In this document: one piece after another, positions 17,670 to 26,421 of the stretch
Numbering within the stretch: the first letter of the stretch is position 1
Layout: every line of letters begins with the position of its first letter
Assembly: GCA_049276635.1 (NCBI GenBank)
Contig: JBASWU010000026.1
Location: 2,282 to 66,281 of the forward strand
DNA length: 64,000 bases
Source of the DNA: Solirubrobacterales bacterium
Lineage (GTDB): Bacteria; Actinomycetota; Thermoleophilia; Solirubrobacterales; JACPNS01
Reading direction: 5' to 3'
The notes under the pieces: generated by a model
The model's database searches: none
The model's input: only the letters and a program-made list of their open reading frames with translations
What the model was told of the DNA's origin: nothing
Position numbers and translations under genes: made by a program

Positions 17670-19211
17670 ATGACCGACCAGCGAATAGACAGGGCCGAGA
17701 CGGCCGGCGCGAGTGCCTCTGATTTAAGAAACGCGACCGTCCTCTCGATCGGGCACGGCATCGTGATGGCGCTCGGCGGTGTGCTTGCCCTGCTGATCGC
17801 CCACGTCTTTGGCAAGAGCGACGAAACCGACGCGCTGTTTACGGCCTACGGGGTGTACGGGATCGCCGTAATATTCGGACAAACGCTTCGACTTACGGCG
17901 ATCCCGCGGATCGTCGGGGAGCGGGACTGGGAGGTTACCGACCGGCTGGTGGCGGCGATTCTGGTGATCGCCGTGCTGGCGGCGTTGCCGATGATCGTGT
18001 TCGCCGGTCCGCTCGGCGCTGTGCTTGCGCCAAACGACCCAGGAAACGTGGCGGCGGATTCGTTGCGGCTGTTGTGGCCGGCGGTCGCCGCCCAGCTCGT
18101 GATCGGTTTGCTCGCGGCCGTCCTCGTCGCACACGGCCGCTTCGGCGTTATCGGGGGGGGATACGCGATTTCAGGTGTGGTGTCGATAGCCGCTTTTCTG
18201 TCCCTGTACAACTCGATCGGCATCAAAGCGATCCCAGTCGCGCTCGACATCAGCGGTCTGTCGGTGGTGGCGATGTTCTCAGTGTCGCTCGTGCGCGCCG
18301 GCTGGCGACCGCGAATCCACGACTACCTAGAGATCCGCGCGATCGCCGGTGACACCGTCGAGCTCGCGTACGCGTCCGCGAGCTTGGTCGCGAACAATCT
18401 CGGCTACGTGATCAGCCTCGCGATCGCGGCGCGCCTCGGCGCCGGCGAGGCGACGATCTACGCCTACGCGTATTTCAGTGCGGCTTTGCTCGTCGCTGTG
18501 ACGGCCGTTTCGGCGGCGATGGCACGCGCGCCCGGCATGCTCGAACACGGAGATCCCGCCGGGATGGCGGCCGAAAGTGCGAAGTCGGGCTACATATTCA
18601 CGCTCGTGGTGCTCGCACCGGTATTCGCGCTCGCCGCCGTGATCGGGCCGACGGTCCTGGACTTCCTGCTCGGGCCCGAGTTCACCGGCGGCAACGCTGA
18701 CGAGCTGATCGCCACACTGTTCTCGCTCAGTGGCTGGGTGCTCGCCTCGGCCGCCGGAGTGTTCGCGGTGGTGCATCTATTGAACGAACGGCGCTTCGGC
18801 GCCTTGGCATTGATCGCCGTCGCCCAGACCGCGATCCTGCCGGCGATGGCGATCGCCGGCCGCGAGATCGGCATCGAAGGAGTCGCCGCCGCGCAGTCGC
18901 TGTCTCTGGTCGCCGCAGCGATCGCGCAGGTACGTGTGGGATTCGGTGTTGAGGCTCCGCGGGTGCTGATGACAATGCTGAACGCGACTCTGCGAGCGGC
19001 GATCGTCACGGGGATTGCGATCACGCCCGGGGTCTTGATCGTCCGCGCGGCCGGTGATGGCATCGCGGCGCTCGCAGGAGCCGGCGCGGTCACGTTGATC
19101 CTGGGGATCGGCCTGACGCGACTGGCCTGGCCCGATCAGACTCGCGTACTGACCAACGCGGCCACGGCCGTGCTTGGGCGCGGGCGGAGAAACGTGAGCC
19201 CGATCGCCTGA
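17670..19211 (+). CDS. MurJ/MviN-like MOP-superfamily flippase, paralogue 2
   Basis: 513 aa polytopic protein. VFGKSDETDALFTAYGVYGIAVIFGQTLRLTAIPRIV is colinear with 11718..13250. Confidence 0.65.
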   Translation: MTDQRIDRAETAGASASDLRNATVLSIGHGIVMALGGVLALLIAHVFGKSDETDALFTAYGVYGIAVIFGQTLRLTAIPRIVGERDWEVTDRLVAAILVIAVLAALPMIVFAGPLGAVLAPNDPGNVAADSLRLLWPAVAAQLVIGLLAAVLVAHGRFGVIGGGYAISGVVSIAAFLSLYNSIGIKAIPVALDISGLSVVAMFSVSLVRAGWRPRIHDYLEIRAIAGDTVELAYASASLVANNLGYVISLAIAARLGAGEATIYAYAYFSAALLVAVTAVSAAMARAPGMLEHGDPAGMAAESAKSGYIFTLVVLAPVFALAAVIGPTVLDFLLGPEFTGGNADELIATLFSLSGWVLASAAGVFAVVHLLNERRFGALALIAVAQTAILPAMAIAGREIGIEGVAAAQSLSLVAAAIAQVRVGFGVEAPRVLMTMLNATLRAAIVTGIAITPGVLIVRAAGDGIAALAGAGAVTLILGIGLTRLAWPDQTRVLTNAATAVLGRGRRNVSPIA

Positions 19212-19228
19212 GCCGCCCTCCGGTGGTG

Positions 19229-20884
19229 TCACTTCGCTGCCGTTGCCGGCGTCTTATTGCGATCGGTCCAGCGAACCCCCGGGATGAGTCGACCCTCGCG
19301 GAGGACCTGTTGCACCGGCTGACCCCTGATGTCGCCGCGGCGGAATTTGTGGCATTTCCAGAGAACCCAGCCGTTGGTCGTGAGCAAGCGCGTCCACCCG
19401 CCGGCGCAGACGTTGAACACTCGCGGATTCGTCACAACGATCACAAGCTCCGGGCGACTACGGCTGAGTAGGTACGACGCGCCGCCGTCGCAGTCGCCGG
19501 CCCGCGGACGCGGACGTAGCTGTACGAGCTCGGAAAACGCGTCGGCCGGCTCCTGGTCCATGCCGGCCATGTAGGTCGGGCATCGCCACGGGTCGAGCTC
19601 TGCCAGGGCACTGACTCCTCTGGCGGCGTCGCGATCTTGAAACGCACCCAGGTCCACAAAGTGACGCGCCGCGCTTACGTTGTTGATGCTGGCCAACGCC
19701 AGCGCCACGACTCCCAGCGCCATCACCCCGGGCCACATTCGGGCGGCAAGGATGATCATCGCCACGCCACCGAACACAAGGGTCGGCACGTAGTAGCGCG
19801 ACTGCGCGATGCCGGCGAGACCCTGAAACGCCAATGCCGTAACGGCGAGCAACAACAATCCGATAGCCAGCCACGGAACCCGCCTGGTCTTCAAGACGTA
19901 AAGGAGCAGCAGCGGCGGTGCGAACCACAACAGGCGGTGCCAGAACGACGTGCCGAGAGTCGTGTCCATCGCACTGAGTTGCGCGTCGAGGGCTCCTCGC
20001 AGCTGTGCGAACAGTCCGTTCGTGCTCTGCGCTATCGCGCCGCCATAGACGGAAGTCCCGGAGTCGGCGATGCGCTTGACCTCGACGAGCATGTGCAGCA
20101 CCGGGACGGTCATCGCGGCGAACACCACCTGAGCGGCCCGCTGCTTGATCAGCGCAGACCGGATGACGCCCTGTTCGCGCCATCGCCCGTTGAGATGGAG
20201 ATAGAGGAAGGGAAGCAGCACGAGGAAACACACCGACGCCTCCTTCGAGTAGACGCCGAACAGCCATGCTGCGTATCCACCGGCGAGCACGGCGATCACC
20301 CGGCCGCGGCGGTCCCGCCAAGCGCCACCGAGCAGCATCCTCATGCCCGACAACAACAGCAGCGCCCCGAGCGTCATACCCCAGACCAGCGACAATTCGA
20401 CCGGGCCGAAACGGTAGAAGTCCCCGGCGACGAACGGAGTCGCGACGATCGCGACCAGTAGCAGCGCGGCCAGCGAAACGACTGCCAGGCGGTCGATGCT
20501 CGTGCGCAGACTATCCCGTAGAACGACCAGCGGGACGAGAAACGCCGACAGCCCGAAGGCACTGATGCGAAGCAAGTTCCACGCGTTGGGGCCGATCATC
20601 GAGCCGGGGGCTCCAAATGTGTGCCATTGAAGCCAGTTCCAGATCGCGATGTATGCAGGGCGATACCGGCGCGGGTCGGCGACCGCCTCTGGGTCGTACG
20701 ACAGGTTGAGCAGGCCGTTTAGCGCCTTGCCCGATCCCGTGTACGCCGACCAATCGTCGATCACGGATGGGTGGCCGACCGAAAACCGCGGCCAGATGAC
20801 AAGCAGCACGACCGACATCGCCAGCGTAAAACCGGCGATCGCGATGTTACGGAGCGAAGCTCCCCGTCTTGCCGTTTCCGTCAT
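19229..20884 (-). CDS. Polytopic membrane protein with C-terminal Cys-containing soluble domain (possible GT-C-like transferase or polymerase)
   Basis: 551 aa with about 11 or more hydrophobic segments and an early acidic loop HPSVIDDWSAYTG. The C-terminal roughly 130 aa are hydrophilic with 4 Cys. It is co-oriented with, and 27 nt downstream of, the methyltransferase gene. I do not recognise a family. Confidence 0.45.
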   Translation of the reverse strand: MTETARRGASLRNIAIAGFTLAMSVVLLVIWPRFSVGHPSVIDDWSAYTGSGKALNGLLNLSYDPEAVADPRRYRPAYIAIWNWLQWHTFGAPGSMIGPNAWNLLRISAFGLSAFLVPLVVLRDSLRTSIDRLAVVSLAALLLVAIVATPFVAGDFYRFGPVELSLVWGMTLGALLLLSGMRMLLGGAWRDRRGRVIAVLAGGYAAWLFGVYSKEASVCFLVLLPFLYLHLNGRWREQGVIRSALIKQRAAQVVFAAMTVPVLHMLVEVKRIADSGTSVYGGAIAQSTNGLFAQLRGALDAQLSAMDTTLGTSFWHRLLWFAPPLLLLYVLKTRRVPWLAIGLLLLAVTALAFQGLAGIAQSRYYVPTLVFGGVAMIILAARMWPGVMALGVVALALASINNVSAARHFVDLGAFQDRDAARGVSALAELDPWRCPTYMAGMDQEPADAFSELVQLRPRPRAGDCDGGASYLLSRSRPELVIVVTNPRVFNVCAGGWTRLLTTNGWVLWKCHKFRRGDIRGQPVQQVLREGRLIPGVRWTDRNKTPATAAK

Positions 20885-20910
20885 CGATGAGATGGCACGC
20901 GAATCAGAAC

Positions 20911-21633
20911 CTACGCCTGGGAGGACTTGTTCGCGACGGCGATCATATTGATCATGTAACGGCCGAGAGGACCATGACCGAAGCGGTCGAGCCGGTCGTT
21001 GGCGCCGTACAGCGCCGGGTGAAGAAATGGAAGCGCGTTGAATCCGCGGAAATCCTCGATCGTGAGCCCATCGTCACGGAGCCAGTCCTGCAGCTCTCGC
21101 CAGCGGACCCAGTTCTCGACGCCCTGATAGGGCCGGATCCGGAGGCGGCTCGCCAGCTCGATCGACCAATGCCACACGTGGTTGGGAGTCGTCAGGATCA
21201 GCGTGCCGCCCGGGCGCAGCACGCGAGCGAGCTCGCCGACCGCCCGCCGCGGATCGAGGGTGTGCTCGATCACCTCGGTGTTGATCACCACATCGAACGA
21301 CTGCGCCGCAAACGGAAGTCGCGTGACATCGCCGACGACTCGCGTGCTTTCGCACTTCTCGGCGACGCGCTCGAGCAGCGCCTCCCCGACGTCCATCGAC
21401 GTAACCTCCGCGCCGCGCGAACACGCGCACTCGCTGAACAAGCCGGTGCCGCATCCGGCGTCGAGCAACGCACGACCGGTGAGGTCCACGCCGCCCAAAG
21501 CCTCATCGAAGACGAGCCGCAGGCGTTTCGACACCTCGTAGCGGTTCATCTTGTCGTCGAACTCCGACGCAAACCGCTCATAGAAGAGGGCGCGGTCGGG
21601 AAGATCGACGCCCCTGTTGTAGCCCGTCGCCAT
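20911..21633 (-). CDS. Class I SAM-dependent methyltransferase
   Basis: Motif I LLDAGCGTGLFS, an acidic residue after beta-2 (EVTSMDVGE), FDVVINTEVIEHT and LRPGGTLILTTPN. Confidence 0.85.
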   Translation of the reverse strand: MATGYNRGVDLPDRALFYERFASEFDDKMNRYEVSKRLRLVFDEALGGVDLTGRALLDAGCGTGLFSECACSRGAEVTSMDVGEALLERVAEKCESTRVVGDVTRLPFAAQSFDVVINTEVIEHTLDPRRAVGELARVLRPGGTLILTTPNHVWHWSIELASRLRIRPYQGVENWVRWRELQDWLRDDGLTIEDFRGFNALPFLHPALYGANDRLDRFGHGPLGRYMINMIAVANKSSQA

Positions 21634-21710
21634 CTAACCCCTGAGTCTATAACGGAAAATGCGGCTCGATTCGGCGTTGCACCCAGCGAAGCATCTGTCG
21701 ATCCCCCGTC

Positions 21711-21716
21711 TATAAT
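21711..21716 (+). promoter_or_regulatory. Candidate -10 hexamer TATAAT for the long plus-strand glycan operon
   Basis: A perfect TATAAT lies 43 nt upstream of ATG 21759 in the divergent intergenic region. GGAGGGG RBS is at 21748-21754. I saw no convincing -35. Confidence 0.3.
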
Positions 21717-21758
21717 CCCGCCGGTCCTGCATGTAACGGCCGACCGCGGAGGGGCACG

Positions 21759-22733
21759 ATGAAAATCAGCGTCGTCGCGCCGCTTCAAAATGAGGAGGCT
21801 GCGCTTCCCCAGTTAATCGCGCGTTTGCGGCGGACGCTGGAGGCACTCCCGCACGAATGGGAGGTCATCCTGGTCGACGACGGCTCGTCCGATGGCACAT
21901 GGCGTCTTCTCACCAACGAGGCCACAGCCGACGCGCGATTTCGCGGATTACGCCTGACACGGAACTTCGGGCATCAGCGCGCACTCTCGGCCGGACTCGA
22001 TGTCGCCGACGGCGACGCGATCATTTCGATGGACGGCGATCTCCAGCATCCACCTGAGGTACTTCCGACGTTGATCGCCAAGTGCCTTGAGGGACACGAC
22101 GTGGTCTACGCGATTCGTTCCGAAGACGACCGCGAGGGTTGGTTCAAGATCCACACCGCTCGCCTGTTCTACTGGCTGTTCAACCTGCTGACGCGACTGG
22201 ACCTGCCGCCTGGGGCGGGTGACTTCCGCGTCACGTCGAGACGGGCGCTCGACGTGCTGCTGGCGATGCCGGAACGGTCGAGGTTCCTGCGCGGTATGAC
22301 GCGCTGGACCGGCTTTGAGCAGTCGACCATCTACTACGACCGGGCGGACCGGCAGGGCGGCGCCTCGAAATACACGCTCGGCCGCATGGTGCGCTTCGCG
22401 GCCGATGCGATAGTCGCATTCTCCGCCTGGCCGCTGCGCATCGCGAGCATGTTCGGAATCTTCTTCTCGCTGATGGGCGGACTCTACCTAATATACGTAC
22501 TGTACGTACGACTGTTCACGGACGACTCGCTCGCGGGGTGGACGTCGGTGGTCGTGGTGACGCTGATCCTCGGCGGCGTGCAACTCGCCTGCCTCGGAAT
22601 AATCGGCCAGTACCTTGGGCGCATCTACGACGAGGTCAAGGGGCGCCCGGTGTTTCTGGTGCTCGAGGACACCGCCCTCACCGCGCGGCGGCCGGCCGGC
22701 GTGCCGGAGACCGATCCCACACGGTGTGCCTGA
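21759..22733 (+). CDS. Polyprenyl-phosphate glycosyltransferase (GT2, GtrB/ArnC/DPM1-like)
   Basis: ISVVAPLQNEEAALPQL, VILVDDGSSDGT, TRNFGHQRALSAGL and SMDGDLQHPPE, plus two C-terminal TM helices. This is the GtrB/ArnC architecture. Confidence 0.8.
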   Translation: MKISVVAPLQNEEAALPQLIARLRRTLEALPHEWEVILVDDGSSDGTWRLLTNEATADARFRGLRLTRNFGHQRALSAGLDVADGDAIISMDGDLQHPPEVLPTLIAKCLEGHDVVYAIRSEDDREGWFKIHTARLFYWLFNLLTRLDLPPGAGDFRVTSRRALDVLLAMPERSRFLRGMTRWTGFEQSTIYYDRADRQGGASKYTLGRMVRFAADAIVAFSAWPLRIASMFGIFFSLMGGLYLIYVLYVRLFTDDSLAGWTSVVVVTLILGGVQLACLGIIGQYLGRIYDEVKGRPVFLVLEDTALTARRPAGVPETDPTRCA

Positions 22734-25083
22734 GCGGGTGGCCGTCGCTAGCCCCGAACGACCACGGCGCCGGCCTGCAACGCCGGAGCCCGACGGGTCC
22801 AACCCGGTCGAACGTCTGCTGTCGCGTAAGTACGTAACGCCGGTCTGCCTGGCCGCGATCTTCATTCTCGCCTGGCTCTACTACGCGACTCAGGCCTTGC
22901 AGTCGCGCAATTTCGTGATCATGACCGACGAGTTGCAGTACGTGAAGCTCGCGATCAACACCCTGAATTCGCCGGTCCCGGAACTGCACGGCGTCTCCAT
23001 CGGCTCTTACAACCAGCTCTACCCGTGGCTGATCGCGCCACTCGCCGCGATCTTCGATTCGATGCCGGACCTCTACCTGGCGATTCATGTGCTCGACCCA
23101 TTCTTGATGACGAGCGTGGTGATCCCTGTATTTCTGCTTGCGCGGTCGGCGGGCGCGTCACGCCTCGGCGCGCTGGTGGCGGCGGGGATATCGGTCGCGG
23201 GTCCATGGCTGGTCTTCTCGACGTTGATGATGACCGAGAACGTCGCGTATCCGGCATTCGTGCTGGTCATTTTCGCGTTTCATCGCACGCTCGCCAAACC
23301 GAGCCCGGGCAACGACCTGCTCGCGCTCGCGGCGATTCTGTTCGGGATCTTCGCGCGGACACAGTTCGTCGTACTCGCGGCCGTGCTGCCGGTCGCGGTG
23401 TTGCTGTATGGCGGTCTGGGCGCCGCCCGCGGCGGCGACCGGGAGTCGCAGCTCACCCTGTTCCGTGACGGAGTCGCCGACGCGATCCGCCACCACCGCA
23501 CGCTCTTTCGAGCGCTGGGCGCCGGCGCCGTCGTGTTGCTGATCGTCGTGCTCGTCGCCAGCCCGTTCGGTATTTACGATGCGGCGTTCCGGCGACCGCT
23601 GCTGCCGAAGGGCGCCGTGTTCCTGGCGGGTCGCCATCTCGGAACGCTGGCCGTGGGATTCGGCTTGATCCCGATGGTCGCGGGCGTCGCGTTCGCGCTA
23701 TCGACGCTGCGATCCCGGGAAGCCGGCGCGCGCCCGCGCGCGTTCGCCACACTGGCGGTCGTCGCCGTGGGGGCCGTGATGTACCAGGCCTCGGCGTTCA
23801 ACATCAACTTCTCGGCCGGATGGATGAACGACCGCTACGTCTTTTACATCCTGCCTCTATTCGCGATCGGGCTCGTGCTCGCGGTCGAGGCCTGCAGGCC
23901 GTCGTTCGGCGAGGTCGCAGTCGCCGGGCTGCTCGTCGCAGCGGTCGTCTACGACGCGCATTTCGCCGGATATCCCGGCCGCGCCTGGGTGGGGGCGCCG
24001 TCCGCCGTGATCGACCCCGTCCTAAACGGGCGCCTGGCGCAGGTCGCCGGCACGAGCGCAGGGCCGATCAACGTCGTGATGACCGTCGCCACGCTGATCG
24101 CCGCCGCCTACGTTTACTGGTGCCGGACGGTCCGCAGCCGGTTGCTCGCACTGACCCTGCTCACCGCTCCCGTCTTCTTGTGGTGCCTGCTGACAACGCG
24201 GTACCTGTTCGACAAGCAGGAGCCGTTCAGTCGCCCGACGCTGACCGGAATCAAGGCGTCGCTGCATACGGCCAACGTTGGCTACAACAGCAACACAACC
24301 GTTCCCGCGGGACAGGCCCCGCCGCTGGACTGGGTGGACCGCAAGGTCCCTGAAGGGCCCGTCGGACTGCTGCCGTCGGAGGACATAGCGATCGAGGGCT
24401 GGTGGCAGGACGAGTTCTGGAACCGCCGCGTGGATCGTGTTCTGCGGTTTATCAATCCATCGCAGTCCCCGGCCTACCGCCAATCGGTATTTCAGAAACA
24501 GCTCGACACGCTGCACCATGACCGATTCCGGATCGATCTCGCCACCGGACGATTTGAAGGAATCCCCCGCGATCGCATGCCCGCACGAGTGGTCGTTTCG
24601 GCGAATGACGTGCGGTTTGGCTTTGCCAACGCGCGAACCCTGACCACACATAGCGATATTCGGGCCGGCTTGCCCACATCAAAGCGGCTGCTCGCTGTCG
24701 ACACACCGTACCGCGCCCGGTGGGTGCTGACGAACACGCTCGATGACGGACACCTGCTCGTCGGGCGATCGCAGTTGCGAATCTTCCCGTCGCCGAGCCT
24801 CGCCGGCCGGATCGATGTCTCGCTTCGGCTCGAACGAGTCGAGACCTCACTCAAGCGTACGTCCTGGTACGCCCGGTTTCCTTCGTCAGCCGCCCGCGGC
24901 GAGATCACTCGTCGCGCGGCCCGCTCCACCGTCAGGGGAACTGTCTGCATGCCGTCGGCGGGACGGATCGGGGTCGTAAAGCTGCGCGCGGTTCCACGAC
25001 CGAAGCCGCCGGACGCTCTTTATCTCAGCGGAGTCGCGGTTCGCAGCGTCTCGGTGCGAGCTACCAACCGCCCGTGCCAGTAA
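22726..25083 (+). CDS. Large GT-C-like membrane glycosyltransferase, paralogue B (MTDEL-Y family)
   Basis: First-loop motif VIMTDELQYVKLA, then LYPWLIAP, IPVFLLA, TENVAYP, ARTQF, and a C-terminal domain with WWQDEFWN. Start set to GTG 22726, which overlaps the upstream stop (GTGCCTGA); GTG 22738 is also possible. The ATG at 22615 lies inside the previous gene. Confidence 0.6.
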   Translation: MPERVAVASPERPRRRPATPEPDGSNPVERLLSRKYVTPVCLAAIFILAWLYYATQALQSRNFVIMTDELQYVKLAINTLNSPVPELHGVSIGSYNQLYPWLIAPLAAIFDSMPDLYLAIHVLDPFLMTSVVIPVFLLARSAGASRLGALVAAGISVAGPWLVFSTLMMTENVAYPAFVLVIFAFHRTLAKPSPGNDLLALAAILFGIFARTQFVVLAAVLPVAVLLYGGLGAARGGDRESQLTLFRDGVADAIRHHRTLFRALGAGAVVLLIVVLVASPFGIYDAAFRRPLLPKGAVFLAGRHLGTLAVGFGLIPMVAGVAFALSTLRSREAGARPRAFATLAVVAVGAVMYQASAFNINFSAGWMNDRYVFYILPLFAIGLVLAVEACRPSFGEVAVAGLLVAAVVYDAHFAGYPGRAWVGAPSAVIDPVLNGRLAQVAGTSAGPINVVMTVATLIAAAYVYWCRTVRSRLLALTLLTAPVFLWCLLTTRYLFDKQEPFSRPTLTGIKASLHTANVGYNSNTTVPAGQAPPLDWVDRKVPEGPVGLLPSEDIAIEGWWQDEFWNRRVDRVLRFINPSQSPAYRQSVFQKQLDTLHHDRFRIDLATGRFEGIPRDRMPARVVVSANDVRFGFANARTLTTHSDIRAGLPTSKRLLAVDTPYRARWVLTNTLDDGHLLVGRSQLRIFPSPSLAGRIDVSLRLERVETSLKRTSWYARFPSSAARGEITRRAARSTVRGTVCMPSAGRIGVVKLRAVPRPKPPDALYLSGVAVRSVSVRATNRPCQ

Positions 25084-25092
25084 CACAATCAC

Positions 25093-26421
25093 GTGAATCG
25101 AGCGCCCCGACAGGGGGTTTTGGGAGCGTCTTCCGCTGCTAGCTTGCAGCCTATGTCACTCGACGACAGCACGGCGATCGCTCCGGTCAAGCCCACCGAC
25201 GGCAACGCCGTCTGGGAACTGTCCAAGAGTCCGGTTGCGATTTCAGTCCGCGATGTCAGCAAGCGCTTCATGATTCCGCAGGAGCGAGTTCACACGCTCA
25301 AGCAACGTGTGATCCAGCCGCGCAGACGCAGGTTCGATCCACTTGATGCGCTGAAAGACATCGACTTCGACGTCCATGTCGGCGAGTTCTTTGGCATTGT
25401 CGGGCGCAACGGCAGCGGCAAGAGCACGCTGCTCAAGTGCATCGCTGGCATCTACAGGCCGCACCAGGGCGACATCGCCGTTCGCGGCAATCTCTCGACC
25501 TTCATCGAGCTCGGCGTCGGCTTTAACCCCGAACTGTCGGCGCGCGACAACGTCGTGCTCAACGCGACGCTGCTCGGACTCTCAACCGCCGAGGCAAACG
25601 AGAGGTTCGACGAGATCATCGCCTTCGCCGAACTCGAGGACTTTGTGGATTTGAAACTGAAGAACTTCTCGTCCGGTATGCATGTGCGCCTCGCCTTCAG
25701 CGTCGCCGTGCACGTCGAATCCGACGTCCTGCTGATCGACGAGGTGCTTGCCGTCGGCGACGCGGCCTTTCAGCAGAAATGCTTCGACACCTTTGAGCGC
25801 TTCCTCGAGGAGGGACGGACGGTCGTCTTCGTCACTCACGACATGGCGTTGGTCGAGCGGTTCTGCACCCGCGCGCTGATGCTCGATCGCGGTGGCATCG
25901 CCTGCTTCGGTCACCCGTCGAAGGTCGCCCGCGAGTACATGCGTGTCAACTTCGACAAGATCGTCCATGACGACGAGGATCGACCCAGCACACGCATCGG
26001 CGACGGAGCCGCCGAGATCGTCGACTGCTGGTTTGAGGACCGGCACGGAGCGCGCACAACCCGCCTGCGCCAGGGCGAACCGGCGGGGTTCAAGGCCACA
26101 ATCCGCTTCCACGAGCCGATGGCACAACCGATCCTCGGCGTGATCTTCAAAGACCACAAGCGCAACCCGATCTTTATGACCAACACCGTGCTCGACGGCA
26201 TCAAAACCGGCAACTTCGCCGGCGGCGACGAGATCACCTACGAGGTGACGTTCGACAATTTCTTCGAGGACGGACACTACCTGGCCTCGCCGATGGTCGC
26301 ACACGCAGACGGTGTCAACGTGGCCGACCTGCGCGACGACATGATCGCGCTTCTGGTCACGGGACGGCGGAACGCCGGCGGCCGCGCAAACTTTCCCCAC
26401 GAAAGCAAGGTCTTGAGGTGA
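25093..26421 (+). CDS. Polysaccharide/teichoic-acid ABC exporter ATP-binding protein (Wzt/TagH type) with extended C-terminal domain
   Basis: Walker A GRNGSGKST, signature FSSGMHVRL and Walker B LLIDEVL. About 150 aa follow the NBD (IGDGAAEIVDCWFEDRHG...GHYLASPMV), in the position of Wzt C-terminal glycan-binding domains. Start is 25093 or ATG 25153. Confidence 0.85.
   Translation: MNRAPRQGVLGASSAASLQPMSLDDSTAIAPVKPTDGNAVWELSKSPVAISVRDVSKRFMIPQERVHTLKQRVIQPRRRRFDPLDALKDIDFDVHVGEFFGIVGRNGSGKSTLLKCIAGIYRPHQGDIAVRGNLSTFIELGVGFNPELSARDNVVLNATLLGLSTAEANERFDEIIAFAELEDFVDLKLKNFSSGMHVRLAFSVAVHVESDVLLIDEVLAVGDAAFQQKCFDTFERFLEEGRTVVFVTHDMALVERFCTRALMLDRGGIACFGHPSKVAREYMRVNFDKIVHDDEDRPSTRIGDGAAEIVDCWFEDRHGARTTRLRQGEPAGFKATIRFHEPMAQPILGVIFKDHKRNPIFMTNTVLDGIKTGNFAGGDEITYEVTFDNFFEDGHYLASPMVAHADGVNVADLRDDMIALLVTGRRNAGGRANFPHESKVLR

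Noticed and set aside
17564-17815. Upstream 84 codons of ORF 17144..17815 as part of the cupin gene
   Set aside because: This part overlaps the start of the divergent flippase gene and is Ser/Pro/Ala-rich without cupin similarity. GTG 17563 with a GGGAG RBS gives a normal 139-aa cupin.
22615-22725. ATG 22615 as the start of GT-C paralogue B, and ATG 26933 as the start of paralogue C
   Set aside because: Both would overlap the preceding, well-supported genes by 119 and 391 nt. They would add Arg/Pro-rich segments absent from the other paralogues. GTG starts at 22726 and 27326 abut the upstream stops.
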